64,000 bases of DNA from Podarcis pityusensis (lineage: Eukaryota): assembly GCA_964106645.2 (NCBI GenBank), contig OZ067044.1; one strand, written 5' to 3'. The notes beneath the pieces were generated by a model that ran no database searches, was not told where the DNA came from, and saw nothing but the letters and a program-made list of their open reading frames with translations. The position numbers and the translations under genes were made by a program. Positions 13,172 to 26,655 of this stretch are shown one piece after another (the stretch's first letter is position 1; every line of letters starts with the position of its first letter).

Positions 13172-14634
13172 CTCTAGAGGATCATTGACCCTTCTGAGCA
13201 ATAGGGGGGCTGCTAAGGAAAGAGAAAAACCTAAAATTGTCTTAGGATCCAACTTCTCTTAGATTCAACTTCTCTTAGCATCCAAGCCAAGCCAACATTC
13301 TTTCGGTTCATTCAGACAATCATGTCAAACCATTGTTGAGAAATTTTAACTGTGGTTTGGCATCATATAGCAAACCTTGGCAGTTGAGTACTTATCAGTT
13401 TGGAAGTAAAATTGCAGTTGCCTGACATCTTTGTTTCTGTTTTCAAAAACCTATTTGTACTTCAAGCAAGGGTTCCTGTGATAGCTCCTCACAGTGTATA
13501 ATCCCTTGTGATTTGACAAGCGCTCACCACGTGGTTAAAATCTTTTAATAGTGAAGGGTTTGCAGGATGATGGGGGGGAAGGCAATGTTTCCAATTTCTA
13601 GCAAGTTTTCTCTTAATGGAAAACAATTCTGTGCTTTGGGCAACCTCAATCCTACCATAATCTTATGCATGTTTCCTAGGAGTAAGCCTCATTGAACACA
13701 ATAGGATTTACTTCAATAACAAGTGTTTAGGATTGTGGTTCTGGTCTTGGTGTGGCATCAAAGCAGTTAATAATCCCATACCTTAATTTAATTTACAAAT
13801 AAATCCATTCAGTTCATAAGTGCTATATGGCACACTGAATTTACCGTACTCTGTTTCATGTCTGGTTGTAACTTTATTGCCTTCTGGGTCATCATATTTA
13901 AGAAGTTAGTGAGAGCAGGTGTGGGAAACTGGTGACCTTTCAAATGTTGCTGAACAACTTCCAGCAGCCCTAGCAAGCATGGTCAATGGAGTTGTAGTTC
14001 AGCATCATCTGGGGGGCCAAACATTCCCCACACCTGACTTACGAGTGGTGAGATTAGTAGCGCACACACACTGCATGTCCTTTTATCCCAGACTTCGTAG
14101 TGACTCTCATTTCTGCATTGGAATGTTGTTGGGTTTTTTCCCCATATTCTGTTCTCTGCCTTTGCTTCCACAGATCATTGTTGTTGCCTTGTAGCGTTTT
14201 GAGAATTCGTTTGTCCCACCAGCATCACCCAGTAAAATATTTTTAACAATGTTAGTCTATTGGCGGATTAATGGCTGAGGGAGCATTCCTAAGCATTTGT
14301 GCACCACCCAAGGAGCAATACTAATCCTTTCAACCCTGACCACTTACACAAGGACTCCAGTGTCTCCTCACTCCCGAAGTATGTTCACAGATCTTGTTTC
14401 TTGCAGGATCAGAGATAGAATTTTTCCATGATGCCATGCGAATAGCATTCAGAGCAAGGGGAAGCACCCAGGCGGGCAGGCAGCATTCTTGCCGGGACAG
14501 TGCCTGCTCCTTGGCAGATTGCAACATAGGACTGGGAGGTGTAACAAGGACCTCTCATATGACTCAGTCCTCAACGTTAATCATGCAGCCTCCCATATAT
14601 ATTCTGATTAAAAGGAGTATCCCATCTTGTAGCC

Positions 14635-14975
14635 CGATGATGATGATGATTGAAACTTTATTTGCATCAGCCATAGGCCATAGCAACAAAAAAACCATTG
14701 TGATTTACACAGAACAAAATAAAAAGTCAGTTATATAAAACACAGTTTAGGGTCCTGAATCAGCCGTCAAATAGTGGACCTTATTCTGATTGCCCCAGCT
14801 AGAAACCTTGCAACCTTTGTAATCATCTGCTCCTCTTGATCTGCCAGGAGAAACGACACTGTGGCAGTGGTTGGGTGACCCAGAATGGTCAATAAAAGAG
14901 GCATGATAATATTGTTCCTCAGGTCTTTGTAAAGCGTGAACGCTAGGAGGGCATGTGCCACTGATTCGCCACTGA
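14635..14975 (-). mobile_element. 3' end of a non-LTR retrotransposon with (ATC)n tail
   Basis: Minus-strand ORF remnant ESVAHALLAFTLYKDLR...FLL...KVARFL resembles a decayed ORF2 C-terminal zinc-knuckle region, followed by AATAAA and (ATC)n. Confidence 0.5.
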
Positions 14976-17900
14976 TTATGGCCCCTGTTCTATTCATGTT
15001 TGATAAATAACTAAAGTGCTGGCTGAAAGCAGAATTGATGCTGCTTTTTGTTTCGGAGCAGTGCGATGGACATAGTTTTGTATTTAATCATCTTGCTGCA
15101 AAATCCCTTTATGTGCAGCACATTAATACCTTGTATAATAGTCCTTTATATATGGGTGTTCTTGTTTTCACAACAGGATTTCAGTAGGTTTTCCTTTAAA
15201 TAGGAGGCAGTCTGGGAGTATTGAGGCCATCCATAAGATACCTGTAACTATTGCTCTGGTGTGGCTAATCCTATAGTGCAGTGTAATGTGTTTAGTTTCT
15301 TTAAGATGCTTACAGTGCAGCCCTAAGTCTGTTTACTTGGAAATAAGGCCCATCAAGTTCAGGAAGACTCCTGTGTGCATACTTGGGATGGAGCAGCCGT
15401 GCTTAAGTCTGTGGAACAATCTTCCAAGTAAGAATGGATTGTACATAGGGGCGGCATCAGACTGCTAATGGCAAAAACTAAAGCTTTAGGGCAGATGTGG
15501 AGAACTTTGGCCCTCCAGATGTTGCTGAACTACAGTGCCCACAGCCCCAGCAAACATGGGCAAATGCCAGAGATGATGGGAGTTGTCGTCCAGCAACTTC
15601 TAGAATGCCAAAGGGTTCCCACACTTGTCTTAGTGAATGTTTGCTTAATTGCATAAGGAAAATGCACTTTTGAAAGCCAAGGGGGCAACTAGATTTGGGG
15701 GGGGGGGGTTGTTAAAGCTAAATTTATAACAAAGTCCCATAATATGTCTATGACTATGGTATATATAATGCAGTATAATAAGATTTTATAATGGCAACAG
15801 TTTCATTAGAAGTAGCCACAATGATCGAGTCAGTGGTTTGGGTTGTAAGGTAAGTTAACTTCAGGACGTTCAGGAAAGGAAAGTTTTCCATCCCTTCTTC
15901 CTCCCTGTAGGTTATTAATGCAACCAGTTTGTTTTCAGATACAGTAGGAGGTGGAGAGATGTGTTGGCCAAACAGACTTAGGCACTTTACAGCATTGCTG
16001 AATGGATGTGGCTCTATCTTATCAGTTGATCTGCATTACCAGCATACACAAGTGTAAGTGGGTTCTTAACAGTTGCATCGAGAAACACAGTACTAAGTCA
16101 TACCTGATGCAGTCTGGGCCATGAAAACTTCTTAATCCCGTAAGAGGTTTGGAGAAACAATCCTGCATCTGATTAATTACTTGTACTGCCTCGGGGAAAC
16201 TAAAGGTGGCAAGAAAACCTTTTTAGTATGAGGAACAAGCTGCCTCTTAAGTGGCAGGGTGTGAGAGTGGGATGGATGCAGCTCAAAAAAAAAATGATAC
16301 TCCCTTTCCTACCGCCACTACTAGTATTGTACTGGGGCAGTTGCAATATGAGCATTAACTTCCACAAATTTAAGGTGTGTCAGTTATGAAACTGAAATGT
16401 AACATTAGTATTTCAGCATGCAGTTGCCTTATAGTTGAAACACTACAAGATGAGACTATAAACAATAACAGCAAAGTAGTAAAAGACCCTTTTCATGCAT
16501 ACATCGTGCATAAATGAAACACATAAGGCTCAATAATATCTAGAACAAATGAGCTTTTTTAAAAAAATGGAACTCCTTTAATTCTTAAATAAAGAAGCTG
16601 ATCAGACATTAAAGAATAATGGCAAAATTTTAGCTTCTGGGCTCAACTATTCAATTTCCAAATGGGTTCCATGTATGCCAAAAATAAATAAATTTCAAAA
16701 CAAAACCCAATTTATTGGGTTAGTAAATATATTCTATTGTTAAAACTAAGTATGTGTTTGTGAAAGTATGTGCCGGTTTGATAATCTCTTTACAGGTTTT
16801 GGGGTGAGGAACATTTATTTAAACCAGAAGCAAATAAATAACCCTACTATGTATATGAACAAATGTCAATGGTGTATTGTAAGTATATATATAACTGTAT
16901 ATTAAAGATATTATTTTCATGATATTTTAAATGCGTAGAGTTTATTATTTCATCCAGAAGTTAAATGGACAGATTAGAAACACAGTATTGGCATGCTAAG
17001 GTCTTAATTGCTAGATTCTTTGGGTAAAATAATTGAAGTGAAACACAGGAGTTCTTAAAATGAATTTCTTTCATTAAGTTGGAATACTGCCAAAGTGCAA
17101 AGCTGATCAATTTGTCTGCATACTTATGAGATCTGTTTTTTTTAAAAAAGGACTGCTGGTTTTATTGCACATCTTGATCTCATCTATTTTCAGGACTGTT
17201 TCTTGGAATCTTTTTTTAAAATACTCTTGTGCAATCTTAATATATGCATCTGTGTCTCAGAATCTGTACAGATGTATGGTCTGGTTTCTGTCCTAATTCA
17301 GAAGTAATGGGAAACTGGTATAATCACAACTTGTTATCACTAATGATAGTTTAAACAAACTACAGTTCCATGAATTTGGACATCCTCGGAAGCTGTGATT
17401 ACTTTAAAAAGGAAGCAGACTCTTTGCATTTCCTGTGGCATGTAAAAGAGGGGAAAATGTATGAGCCTGAGGCTCACCACAACTTGTTGGGGACTGTGAT
17501 TTCCTGTTAAACTAGCCCTGTCCATTGCTAAGATCAGACTACTTCTGCTATTTCACTATTACTTGACCGCCAGTCAGAAGTATAGATGCACAGGTGGGTC
17601 TGCAACAAAATGTAATTGGGTGTTATGCCATGTGCTCCTTCAGTAGTTCATTCCATCACTTCCCCAAGTTTTCCATTTTTCTTTTCCGAATGACAGTAAA
17701 AAGTCCATGGCTACTAAGTATGCTCAGGCCTAATTTGGGTTTTGGAGAAAGGGTTTGCCCTCTTGGGCTTTTTGCATTTATTTTTTTTACCTTCTGCAAA
17801 CCTTAAGAGTTTTTCTGAGAATACTCACACATCCCTTTTGTTACAACCATCCTAGTTTGCTATCGAAAGAGTTGCATTTGGGGCTGTGTTAGTGTTTAGA

Positions 17901-19429
17901 AGATTAGAGAAGATTTATGATTAGAAGATGGAGCATTTCCTCAGTCAGATGGATTTCTCCAACTTAGCATTAACTGTGATGCAGCATTTCATCTGAGCTC
18001 ACACTAGCAGCCTGAGAAGCTGTGAAGTTGACCCATACTCCTGCTGCATTTCCAAGTGGCTTTCTCCCATCACTGTGCACACCAGCGCAAAAGTGTGTGT
18101 GCCTTCACTTGATTTCTTTCCCTGCGCCATGTGAAGCCATCATCTGTGCACCTGCAAAAGCCGCCCAAACTGTCCACAGCACAGCGTCGCTTCCATTTTC
18201 AAACTGGATGGGAGCTGGTTTCAAGAAAAACACATCAAAGAGGAGTTTTCCCTAAAAGCTGCAGGACACAGGTGGATTGAGGCTGATGATGTGTGAACCC
18301 AGCTTTAAAAAAAACAGTGGTAGGAGCATGTTGAGAGTCACAGTAAGTAGTAACATGAACATACCCTAATATTGATCAACCAAGATTTGCAAACCTATTT
18401 CTAACCTATAGTAGGTTAGTGCATTAACAACTTTTAAGATTCAATTTTTCAAAGGCTGAGTCACAACTGCCATAATACAGGGTTGCAAATTTCAGTCATG
18501 CCTACCATATGCAGCTTGACATTTTTAATCTGGGTTGTGTGCAGAGAACAGAAGGAATATAACCGCTAGCTGTTAGCACCCAAGAAATTGTGCAAGTGTT
18601 TATGTCATTTTAAAGAAAGCCGGTTTAGAAACTACCTGAATTTTTCCTGTGCATCCTGAACATCTTTAGATTTAGTTTCATTTTTTAATGTATGCTGTCG
18701 CTTAATATGTAGAACAAGCTCTAGGAGGATACCTTTTATTTCCCTCAAACACTTCTTCCAAGGAGCTAAAAGCAACCTAGATGGTAACCCCTTTTTATAA
18801 TTACAGCAACCCTTTTGGGGGGCTGGGGAATCCAAGAAAAGCAGTAAACTTTGAAGCAGAGTGAAGATTTGAACTCTGTGCTCTCTAACCACAGTACTCC
18901 ACTGGCATTCTCATTTCTTTGTGTCTTCCACCCTCAGAGAGGCTAGCTATTGTACTCCAAGGGGAACTCAGGTGCAAATATTTGAAGAACACTGCCAGCA
19001 GCTTTTTACGTCCTGATTATGGTTGTTTGGATCCAGCCAAGGTTTGTCTGCTGCCTGCCCACCTGGCAAGAGAGGAGGAGAGGAAGATGGGGAGATGGTG
19101 GTGGCAGAACCATCTGATGTACCGGCCGCATACTTTCTGAAGATATGTAAATGGTATGCAATTAATCTGTCCTCCAGTTCAGTGTGTTTCTCAGATGGTC
19201 GATAATATTTTACAGCTTAACCACCCCTGCCATAAATAACTTTATGGATGTAAATAGTCTGAAGTTTTACCTAATGTCCGTGTGTCTGATTCCTATTAAA
19301 TCACTAGCATTATCATAATGGTATTACTGCATAAGCTTAGATCTGTTACAGAAATATTTAAGTATTATTCCAGCAGCATAATGATATGGGCAATTTTATT
19401 TTTCAGTCCCTAATTATCCCTATTTTTTT

Positions 19430-19790
19430 AGTTCCTGCTTACTGAGCTGATATCTTTATCAAGATAGACCAGAAATGAAACCTTGCAGTCAGGGTGGCTA
19501 TCACCACCAGTTCAGATCCTATTAATGCATATTTGAAATTAGAATTTTCTGCCTCAGATGTGCATAATTTACAGTGAGTTGCATTGTGCCATTTTACTTC
19601 CCATTCACCTCAGTTTGGAGAGATTCTTTTAGAGCTCCTTGTAATCTTTTTTTGTTTGTTTTGTTTTAAACATCCTGAATGATCTGGTATCATCAGCATA
19701 CTCTGCACGTCTTATAAGTTAAAAGGAATAGATTCTCAGAAGACTCCACTTCCTACACCCTTTCACTGGGAGAACTGTCCATTCTTTTCC
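19430..19790 (-). mobile_element. Degraded CR1-like relic
   Basis: Recognisable but heavily decayed reverse-strand CR1 ORF2 phrases. Approximate. Confidence 0.4.
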
Positions 19791-19853
19791 CAGCTTTCTC
19801 TCATCAGCTGAGAAAGATATCAAAGACAATAATTTTAAAGAAATGATATGGCA

Positions 19854-20204
19854 GCCGAGTTGGCAAAATTAACTGGGAAAATTTGGAACCAGCAAGACCA
19901 GAATTTCCTGAAAGATTGGAATAAATTTATGATATATTATATTTGAAAGACAATTGTAATCGCTTGTAGGGTTGCAAGAAGTTTTGTAAAGAAAACTATA
20001 TGAATTATTGCGAAAAAGGACTAAGAAGGAGTTTGTTTAATATTTGGATTTTATAGCAATAACTATTAAAATAAAATGCAAAATCAGAAAGAAAGTTAGA
20101 AAACCATTAGTCGAGGTTGACAGAAGTCTTAGGCTGTGATAGCCAAAGGTTTGTTATATTGTATAAGATGGGGTGTTGTGTTTGGAAAACATGTGCAAAA
20201 ACTA

Positions 20205-20237
<33 letters not shown>
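19854..20237 (+). mobile_element. 5'-truncated L1-clade LINE 3' end with (TA)n tail
   Basis: 16-bp TSD AAGAAATGATATGGCA at 19838-19853 and 20238-20253. Starts with residual ORF2 C-terminus AELAKLTGK. Confidence 0.75.
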
Positions 20238-20239
<2 letters not shown>

Positions 20240-21695
20240 GAAATGATATGGCAAAGATACGGTTTTCAGAGAATTCACATTAAAGCAACTGATTAAATTT
20301 CATATTTTAGCTAATAAGACTAACAGCCTATAGTTAAGATGATACATACATGTTTTTCTTCACTGGCACCTTTTAATACAATACATTCATGGCTGCAAGT
20401 ATATTAAAGCTATTTTGTGTTTGATCTTTGAAGGTAATGAGAGTTCTTTACAATGGGGACATTCAATAGAGAAGATCCATCTCCTATTAATACATAGGAG
20501 CATACAAAGTTAATAGGGCATTGATGTTTTTATTATCCTTTGCTCATCATACTTGTACAACTCTGTTATGCAGTGTTAGCAAGATAATAAAGGCTAACCT
20601 CAGTAATACAACTCTTCTCCCCATTTTGTCTGATGGTGCCTACAATAAGCTACTTTTATCCTTGGGCACATTTTAACAACCTAATAAATAAAATTGGGAA
20701 GCTCCATCATTCAGTATATTGGAAGAAAGGAGGCAGGTTCTGTTATCCCCAAAGAGGTTTTGCTAATATTTTGCACAACTGATATAGCCATCCCCAGTGG
20801 AAATACCCTAAACACATCTTAGAACTTCGGTTACCTCCCTAGAAGGGAGGTTAACAGCTTTTTATACCTTTGAGTTCACAAAGCAGCCAGGCAGTTGATG
20901 AGTTTTTCAGAAAAGGTCTGCCACTGAAGCATATGTGATTTTCCACCCACTTTCCCCCTTGAAATGCTATCGTGCCAAATCCCCAAACAATTTTTTGAAC
21001 TCAGATGTTTAAAAAGCCATTTAAAGATTCTGGAGGGGAACCACCTGCAAATGACACCCCTCTAGAAAAAAAGTAGGACACATGTCTTCACTCTGGGTCC
21101 ATATTGCTTATACAGAAGGGAAACCTCCCAGTTTCGTTTCATAAATTATGTGGTGGAAATAAAGAAATCTGGCTACTTTGCTTATCCAGGACATGTACCA
21201 TGCTAGAGAAATCCTTAAACTTGCACCATCTCAAAATTTAAAATATCACTTTTAGCCGCCTTTTTTTGCATTGATTTAAACTCACACACAAATAATTTCC
21301 TTTCCCTTTTTTCCTGTAAGTAAAATGTCTGTTGGCAAAGGAGAAACTGTGCTGGACATGAAGTTATGAATAAGGTGTTCAAGTGAGGCCATCCATTTTG
21401 GTTTCCAAACTTTCACTATCTTCAGAGAGGTGTTTTCTGTCAAGAGAGCAAAAGGCATCTTCTAAATCACTTGGATAGAGTACAATTATAGTAATTGCAA
21501 AATAAATGTGGCTATCCTGCATAGAGCATAGTATATTGAACACATAGCATGAATCAAGCTCAGTTTAATATTTGCCGGCCTAAGTTTATCTTGCTTTTTC
21601 ATTCTCTTGGATGGGAAATGGGGGTCTCAAATTGGAGTTCCTGTGCAGAATTTTAGGTCAGAAAAAGTCACAGCTTCTTTTTAAATTTTGAGCAA

Positions 21696-21701
21696 TTTAT
21701 T
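21696..21701 (-). terminator. Candidate MEP1B polyadenylation signal
   Basis: AATAAA on the minus strand about 70 nt past the stop codon. Confidence 0.45.
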
Positions 21702-21769
21702 TCAATTAAATCCTAGAAGTGGCATATAGCTTTTGTCTTGTTTTTAATGCAAAAGAATGGCTGTTTCCC

Positions 21770-21784
21770 CTAAAATCGTTTCAT
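21770..21784 (-). CDS. MEP1B: MEP1B exon 15 coding part (MKRF*)
   Basis: Long pyrimidine tract then ctctcag|ATGAAACGATTTTAG. Four residues ending in F, like the human last exon (QHAF*). Spliced CDS totals 2094 nt = 697 aa + stop. Confidence 0.8.
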   Translation of the reverse strand: MKRF

Positions 21785-22915
21785 CTGAGAGGAGTTGCAA
21801 ACCCAGAATGAAAAATACAAAAGGTGATGCTTTTCAGTAGGCTAACATACTGCTGGCAAACTATCCAAAGTTGTATACTTTGTTTCAAAACAGGTATAGA
21901 AACAGACATTTCTATGGCAAGATGGCTGATTGCTGCAGATGAGAAGAAAGGAGATGCAACTGCCATTTTGAATCTCTTTTGGGGGAGGCGAGGGGTGCAA
22001 TAAAACATATTATGTACTGCTACTTCTAAAATTATTTGATGCTGCTTTGATAAAATATATTTAAGGACTGGTAAGGTAGTTTGAGAGAGCCTCATTCTTT
22101 GAAACTTGTTTAGTTCTTATACAGTTTAATCACATTTTCAAGGTGCAGTCCTTGGGAGGGTAGCCCAGGGCACACAAGATTCTGTGACTCTATCTTCACA
22201 TGCCAACCAGGAGGTCTGCCCACAGAGGCCTCTTCAATGCAGTTGCGGAAATTTCCAATGGCAGAAAGAGGGCAGGAAGTGTTTGGGTACACACTGAGGC
22301 AAGTTTAGATCCCAAACTCTTCGCATTCCCGTGACATGCCACTGGAAGGCGAGGGCGGGGGCAGAGGGGGAGTAGAGAAAGCCAATACTCCAGTTGGGGA
22401 ACAAATTTTCATTTCCATTGCATCAATGGAGAGAAAAGCCCTTTTACAAAAAAAAGGGGGGTGTCAATGAAGTTCAGTGGAACTTACTGACACATAGGTT
22501 TGTATAGGAATGAAGTCCAAAGAAAGGAGAAGATGGGGAGGAAATCTACATTTCCCCTCCCACCTTCTACCCTGTGCAATGACCCTGGGAATCTGGTTGT
22601 TCTTCTGCCTCAGTTTCACCCTCCCTCACTTGGATTGCTGTTTCAAAAATGTAGCCGCCCAAATAAATGCCACACTATGCAGCATAAGCTAACAGAAGTC
22701 AGTGGGGCTCGGTAGATAGTGCATCCAGAGTTGTGTTAGCCTCTGTGTGCGTTGCCAAAGGCCACACAACCGTTCATCACAAGTTCCCATTTGTACAATT
22801 AGAATACGTTTGAGGGCAGGCTAAGTATTGCACCTCACAATCTTACCTAGCAAGAAAACAGTTCAGCATTGCAAATCCACCTAAAAGTTTGCACCACCGG
22901 AAGTGCAATACTTAC

Positions 22916-23117
22916 ATTTTGTAAACCCAGGCTTTCCCTGGCTTCCATTTTTTTCCTATATTTCTTTTTAATACAGCTGGTTGTTACAATGGTGATGATC
23001 AACATAACGGCAAATATAGATAGAGACGAGGCAACTGCTATCACAACTGTATCCTGTGTGGATCCCTTCTGCTCGCATTTTTCTCCCACATACCACCAAT
23101 CTGCACCTACAGGGCAT
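22916..23117 (-). CDS. MEP1B: MEP1B exon 14 (EGF end, transmembrane helix, cytosolic tail)
   Basis: CPVGADWWYVGEKCEQKGSTQDTVVIAVASSLSIFAVMLIITIVTTSCIKKKYRKKMEARESLGLQN, 202 nt, donor AAT|gtaagt. Confidence 0.95.
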
Positions 23118-23958
23118 CTGCAAAGCATGGCAGCGGTTAAAGCAAATCACAAACACAATTCAACACACTGCAGCCCCACCCCCAAATTAAGCTCACAGGC
23201 CAGAAACCCCCCATTCTAAGCTAAATGGCCCACAATCCTTTTCACCCAGAAGTGAGGAACCTGTGGACCCCCATAGCTGAAGTGACAAAACTGCACACAG
23301 TATCATGGAACTACAGAAAGGCATTTTTATATTGGCTGCTGGAATGTTCAGTCCAGCTTTAAATAATACGGAGCATGGAATGTGCTCTCCACCATGACCC
23401 CAGCACATCTTTCCTGGTGAATTAGCACTCATATATTAGTGTATGTATATGAGGTTAGGATCTCCTACCCTACCTGGCATCTCCTTATGTTGGCATGCAC
23501 TGCCTGTTGGTGTATAACCCCGTTAAGCATGCTTAAAGCCTGTCTAATTCTGAGAATTGTAGGGAAAAAATACGTAGGCATTCCTTCCAAGCCCATACTG
23601 GATGGAGGGAGAAACTGGCAAAAACAGATGAGCATGAAGGCCTAAAATAGTTAACTCCCATGCAAAAAACCCACAAACACAAACCTGGACTGGATACCGT
23701 TACTTATTGTCAAAAACAGCTAAAGGAACATAGCAGATTATTACTGTAGTGACAAATGTGGAATGTGCACAAAATGTAGCACAACTGAAGTTCAGTTCAA
23801 AATGTCCTCTGTGGGAGTACCGCAAGATGAAGATCTCAGGTTCTCTCACCCCACCCCACCCCCACTTCACACTGGATTTTGAAAATAAAGGATTGCTACA
23901 CACGATGCCTCCCTAGAAGAAATTCCACAATATGAACACTTAAGAACACATTGCTTAC

Positions 23959-24091
23959 CTGCAAACTGGCTTCCCCTCTTCAAGAATGCAGATTCCACCA
24001 TTTTGACAACCATAGGCCTCACACACACTAGTGGCTGTAGTTGGAGTGATGGCTGTAGAATTTGGCTGAGTTGATATTAAATGTGATATAT
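23959..24091 (-). CDS. MEP1B: MEP1B exon 13 (Ser/Thr-rich stalk, EGF-like domain start)
   Basis: (D)ISHLISTQPNSTAITPTTATSVCEAYGCQNGGICILEEGKPVC(R), 133 nt. No inserted 'I' domain, so beta rather than alpha subunit. Confidence 0.93.
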
Positions 24092-25107
24092 CTGAGGTGA
24101 ATAAATGAGGCAAAACATAAATTCTTGCAGCTTAACCAATACATCTTAAAGTATTTGGTGCTATTACTTTTATTAAATTAGGTTTGGGGCTCAGAAATTT
24201 AGAGATCTTTTGTTTATAAGCTTTATAGCAAAGGAACAAACCTTTTCCCATTATAAAACAATTTGAAATTAACTAACTATGAGTGATGTATAACTGCTTT
24301 TTGGAATAAATGTTAACCTGTGATTTTTGCTTAGATACATAAAGGTGTAATACAGAATAATACTTCAGCATTATGAAAATGGGTTGCAGCAAATGTCACA
24401 TGCTCCATCCTTCTTCTCTGGAGCAGCCATGAGGAAGAGTTGGAAAGCTTCCAATTTTAGACTAGTCACATTATGCCTGAATCCAGATAAACTGCCATTT
24501 GTCTCAACTATGGCTAGTCAGAAAAATACACCTCTAAACCTTTGTTTATGCAGTTGGTTTCTTAAAATAAAGGATAGTAAATATTAACCACAGTTTGGGG
24601 TTGGGAAGTAACACTGTGTTTAATTGAAAAGTGAAAGCTGCTAAACTTCTCACAGCTGCTCAGGGGAAGGAGAGGGGAGACACTGACTGTGTAAGTGCAA
24701 GCCTTGCCCAGGTTCATTGACAAACATGCAAACAAGGCCTCTGAGCAGCTATATCAGTTAAACTAGGGAAATATTACAAAAGTTGCAAGTTCCAATAAGT
24801 GGCAGCTGCCATAAAGGTTGATCCATTTGCCTTTCGGAAAAATTAACGCCTCCAGGTGTTGGAACTCTGCATATTCAAATGACTGCCTGTCTAAGCAGCT
24901 CAGCAGACATTTTGTAAAACATTTCGACCAGTAGCCATCAGCAGATTCATAAGCAATCAGGGCCCACCTTCTAGTCTCAACTCTTAAGTGAGAGAGAAGA
25001 AAATATACAGAACTATTTGTTTTAGGGAGACTCCCATTGCCTATCATGGGATTATTTCCGCTGAATCCTTGATACTAACAATATCACTCATAGCAAAACC
25101 CACATAC

Positions 25108-25272
25108 CTTCCACTGTTGTAAGAATGAAAATACTATCCTCTTTAACAAACTCACGACTTTCAAGCCTTTGTTGTGTTATAAAGGAACTGAATTCAGTTG
25201 CAGGACCTCTCATGAATTCAGTGCCATTAGGAAAAGTAGCGACTATTCCTACGTTGTCTGGTCTATCGTATA
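25108..25272 (-). CDS. MEP1B: MEP1B exon 12 (MATH/TRAF domain end)
   Basis: tcacag|TA...GAAG|gtatgt, (V)YDRPDNVGIVATFPNGTEFMRGPATEFSSFITQQRLESREFVKEDSIFILTTVE, 165 nt. Confidence 0.92.
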
Positions 25273-25862
25273 CTGTGAAAGAAGAAAAAATTAGTAAAGC
25301 TAATATTTTTGGTAGAAAAGGGGTTCAGCAAAATATGAAATGATACTAACTATGTACCTTTTTTCCAGCAAAATAAGAAAAGAAAAAAAGAGTGACTCAA
25401 GATTCTTGTGTAAGCAGGAAGACAATGTGACTCAATTAACTCTTGTAGGCTGTGAACATCAAGACACAGTGACTACCTAAGCTGGGCTGTCACTTCCAAC
25501 TGGGGCAGGAAAACTATGTAGCCTGGGCAATGCTAAAAAGTCCAAAGATAACCTTCTGGATGGGCACTGGCTGTGAGGATTTCCACTGAACCCACAGCGG
25601 CACAAAAAAGTTACCAACCTCTAAAAACATTTCAGTTCCAACCTACTAGGTCTACTGCCTGAAGGCCGCAAAACATTTGGAGAGGGGAGGTTTGGCATCT
25701 CCATTATTCATCTTCCTATTCCAAAGGTTCCCTCCACTGCTACCACTACTCAATTGGCTTTGTCTTGGTTCTCAGAGGAGCAACTCAAACAAGAGACTGT
25801 AAGCGTCCTTATTGACCACTGTTGGTCTCTTACTGCCATTTTTATCTCATCCTAAGGAGCAA

Positions 25863-26078
25863 CCTAGCAGTTCGAAAGCACGTCAAAGTGCAAGTAGCTA
25901 AATAGGTGCTGCTCCGGAGGGGAAGGTAAACGGTGTTTCCATGCGCTGCTCTGGCCACATGACCCAGAAAAACTGTCTGCGGACAAATGCCGGCTCCCTC
26001 GGCCAGTAAAGCGAGATGAGCGCCGCAACCCCAGAGGAGTTCGCAACTGGACTTAACTGCCAGGGGTCCTTTACCTTT
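25863..26078 (+). mobile_element. 5'-truncated Sauria SINE
   Basis: Matches the 3' part of the 56134 copy, ends CCTTTACCTTT. Flanked by direct repeat TAAGGAGCAA (25853-25862, 26078-26087). Confidence 0.85.
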
Positions 26079-26655
26079 AAGGAGCAAGTGGAGGCCCTCC
26101 AGATACTGAGGCCCAAAGGAACCATTGTCCAGCTTTGAACAAAATGGGAAAAAACTGGATATCTCATGTATAGTGTTTTAAAAACAAAACGTTTTGCTAT
26201 CAACTTCCAAAGACTCTTCAGTCCTACAATAACTGCACCCGGCTGCAGATAAATATGTGAAAGGAAATGTAGTGCACAATAGGGATTGGCTTAGAAATGC
26301 TGGCTTTATGTAATCCTGCCTTACCTTGTCCCCACTCGACACCATTAAGGTCTAGACCAGTGAGGTTGTTATTACTGGCATCTGGCAGATATACTTGATT
26401 TATGCCAGAGGTGGCCTCCACATGTAGACTACAACTCCCATGAGTGCACTTATACTGAGGAGTCAACACACATGCCTTTGCTACCTCAGGAGAAATAAAG
26501 GATTCTTACTTCTTTTCAAGGAATGGAGCTGAAAGAGGAATGTGAATCCCAGGGGGGAAGAAAAACAGACCGGAGGGCTAAAAGTTTACCAGAGGAGTAT
26601 GGAACACACATATATATAAAAATAAAGAGTGGAGAATGATGACAGCCACTATATA

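Noticed and set aside
21711-21769. Alternative MEP1B last-exon acceptors (TTTTAG|GGG, AAACAG|CCA) giving longer tails
   Set aside because: Poor pyrimidine tracts. The 21784 acceptor has a strong tract and yields a 4-residue end like the orthologues.
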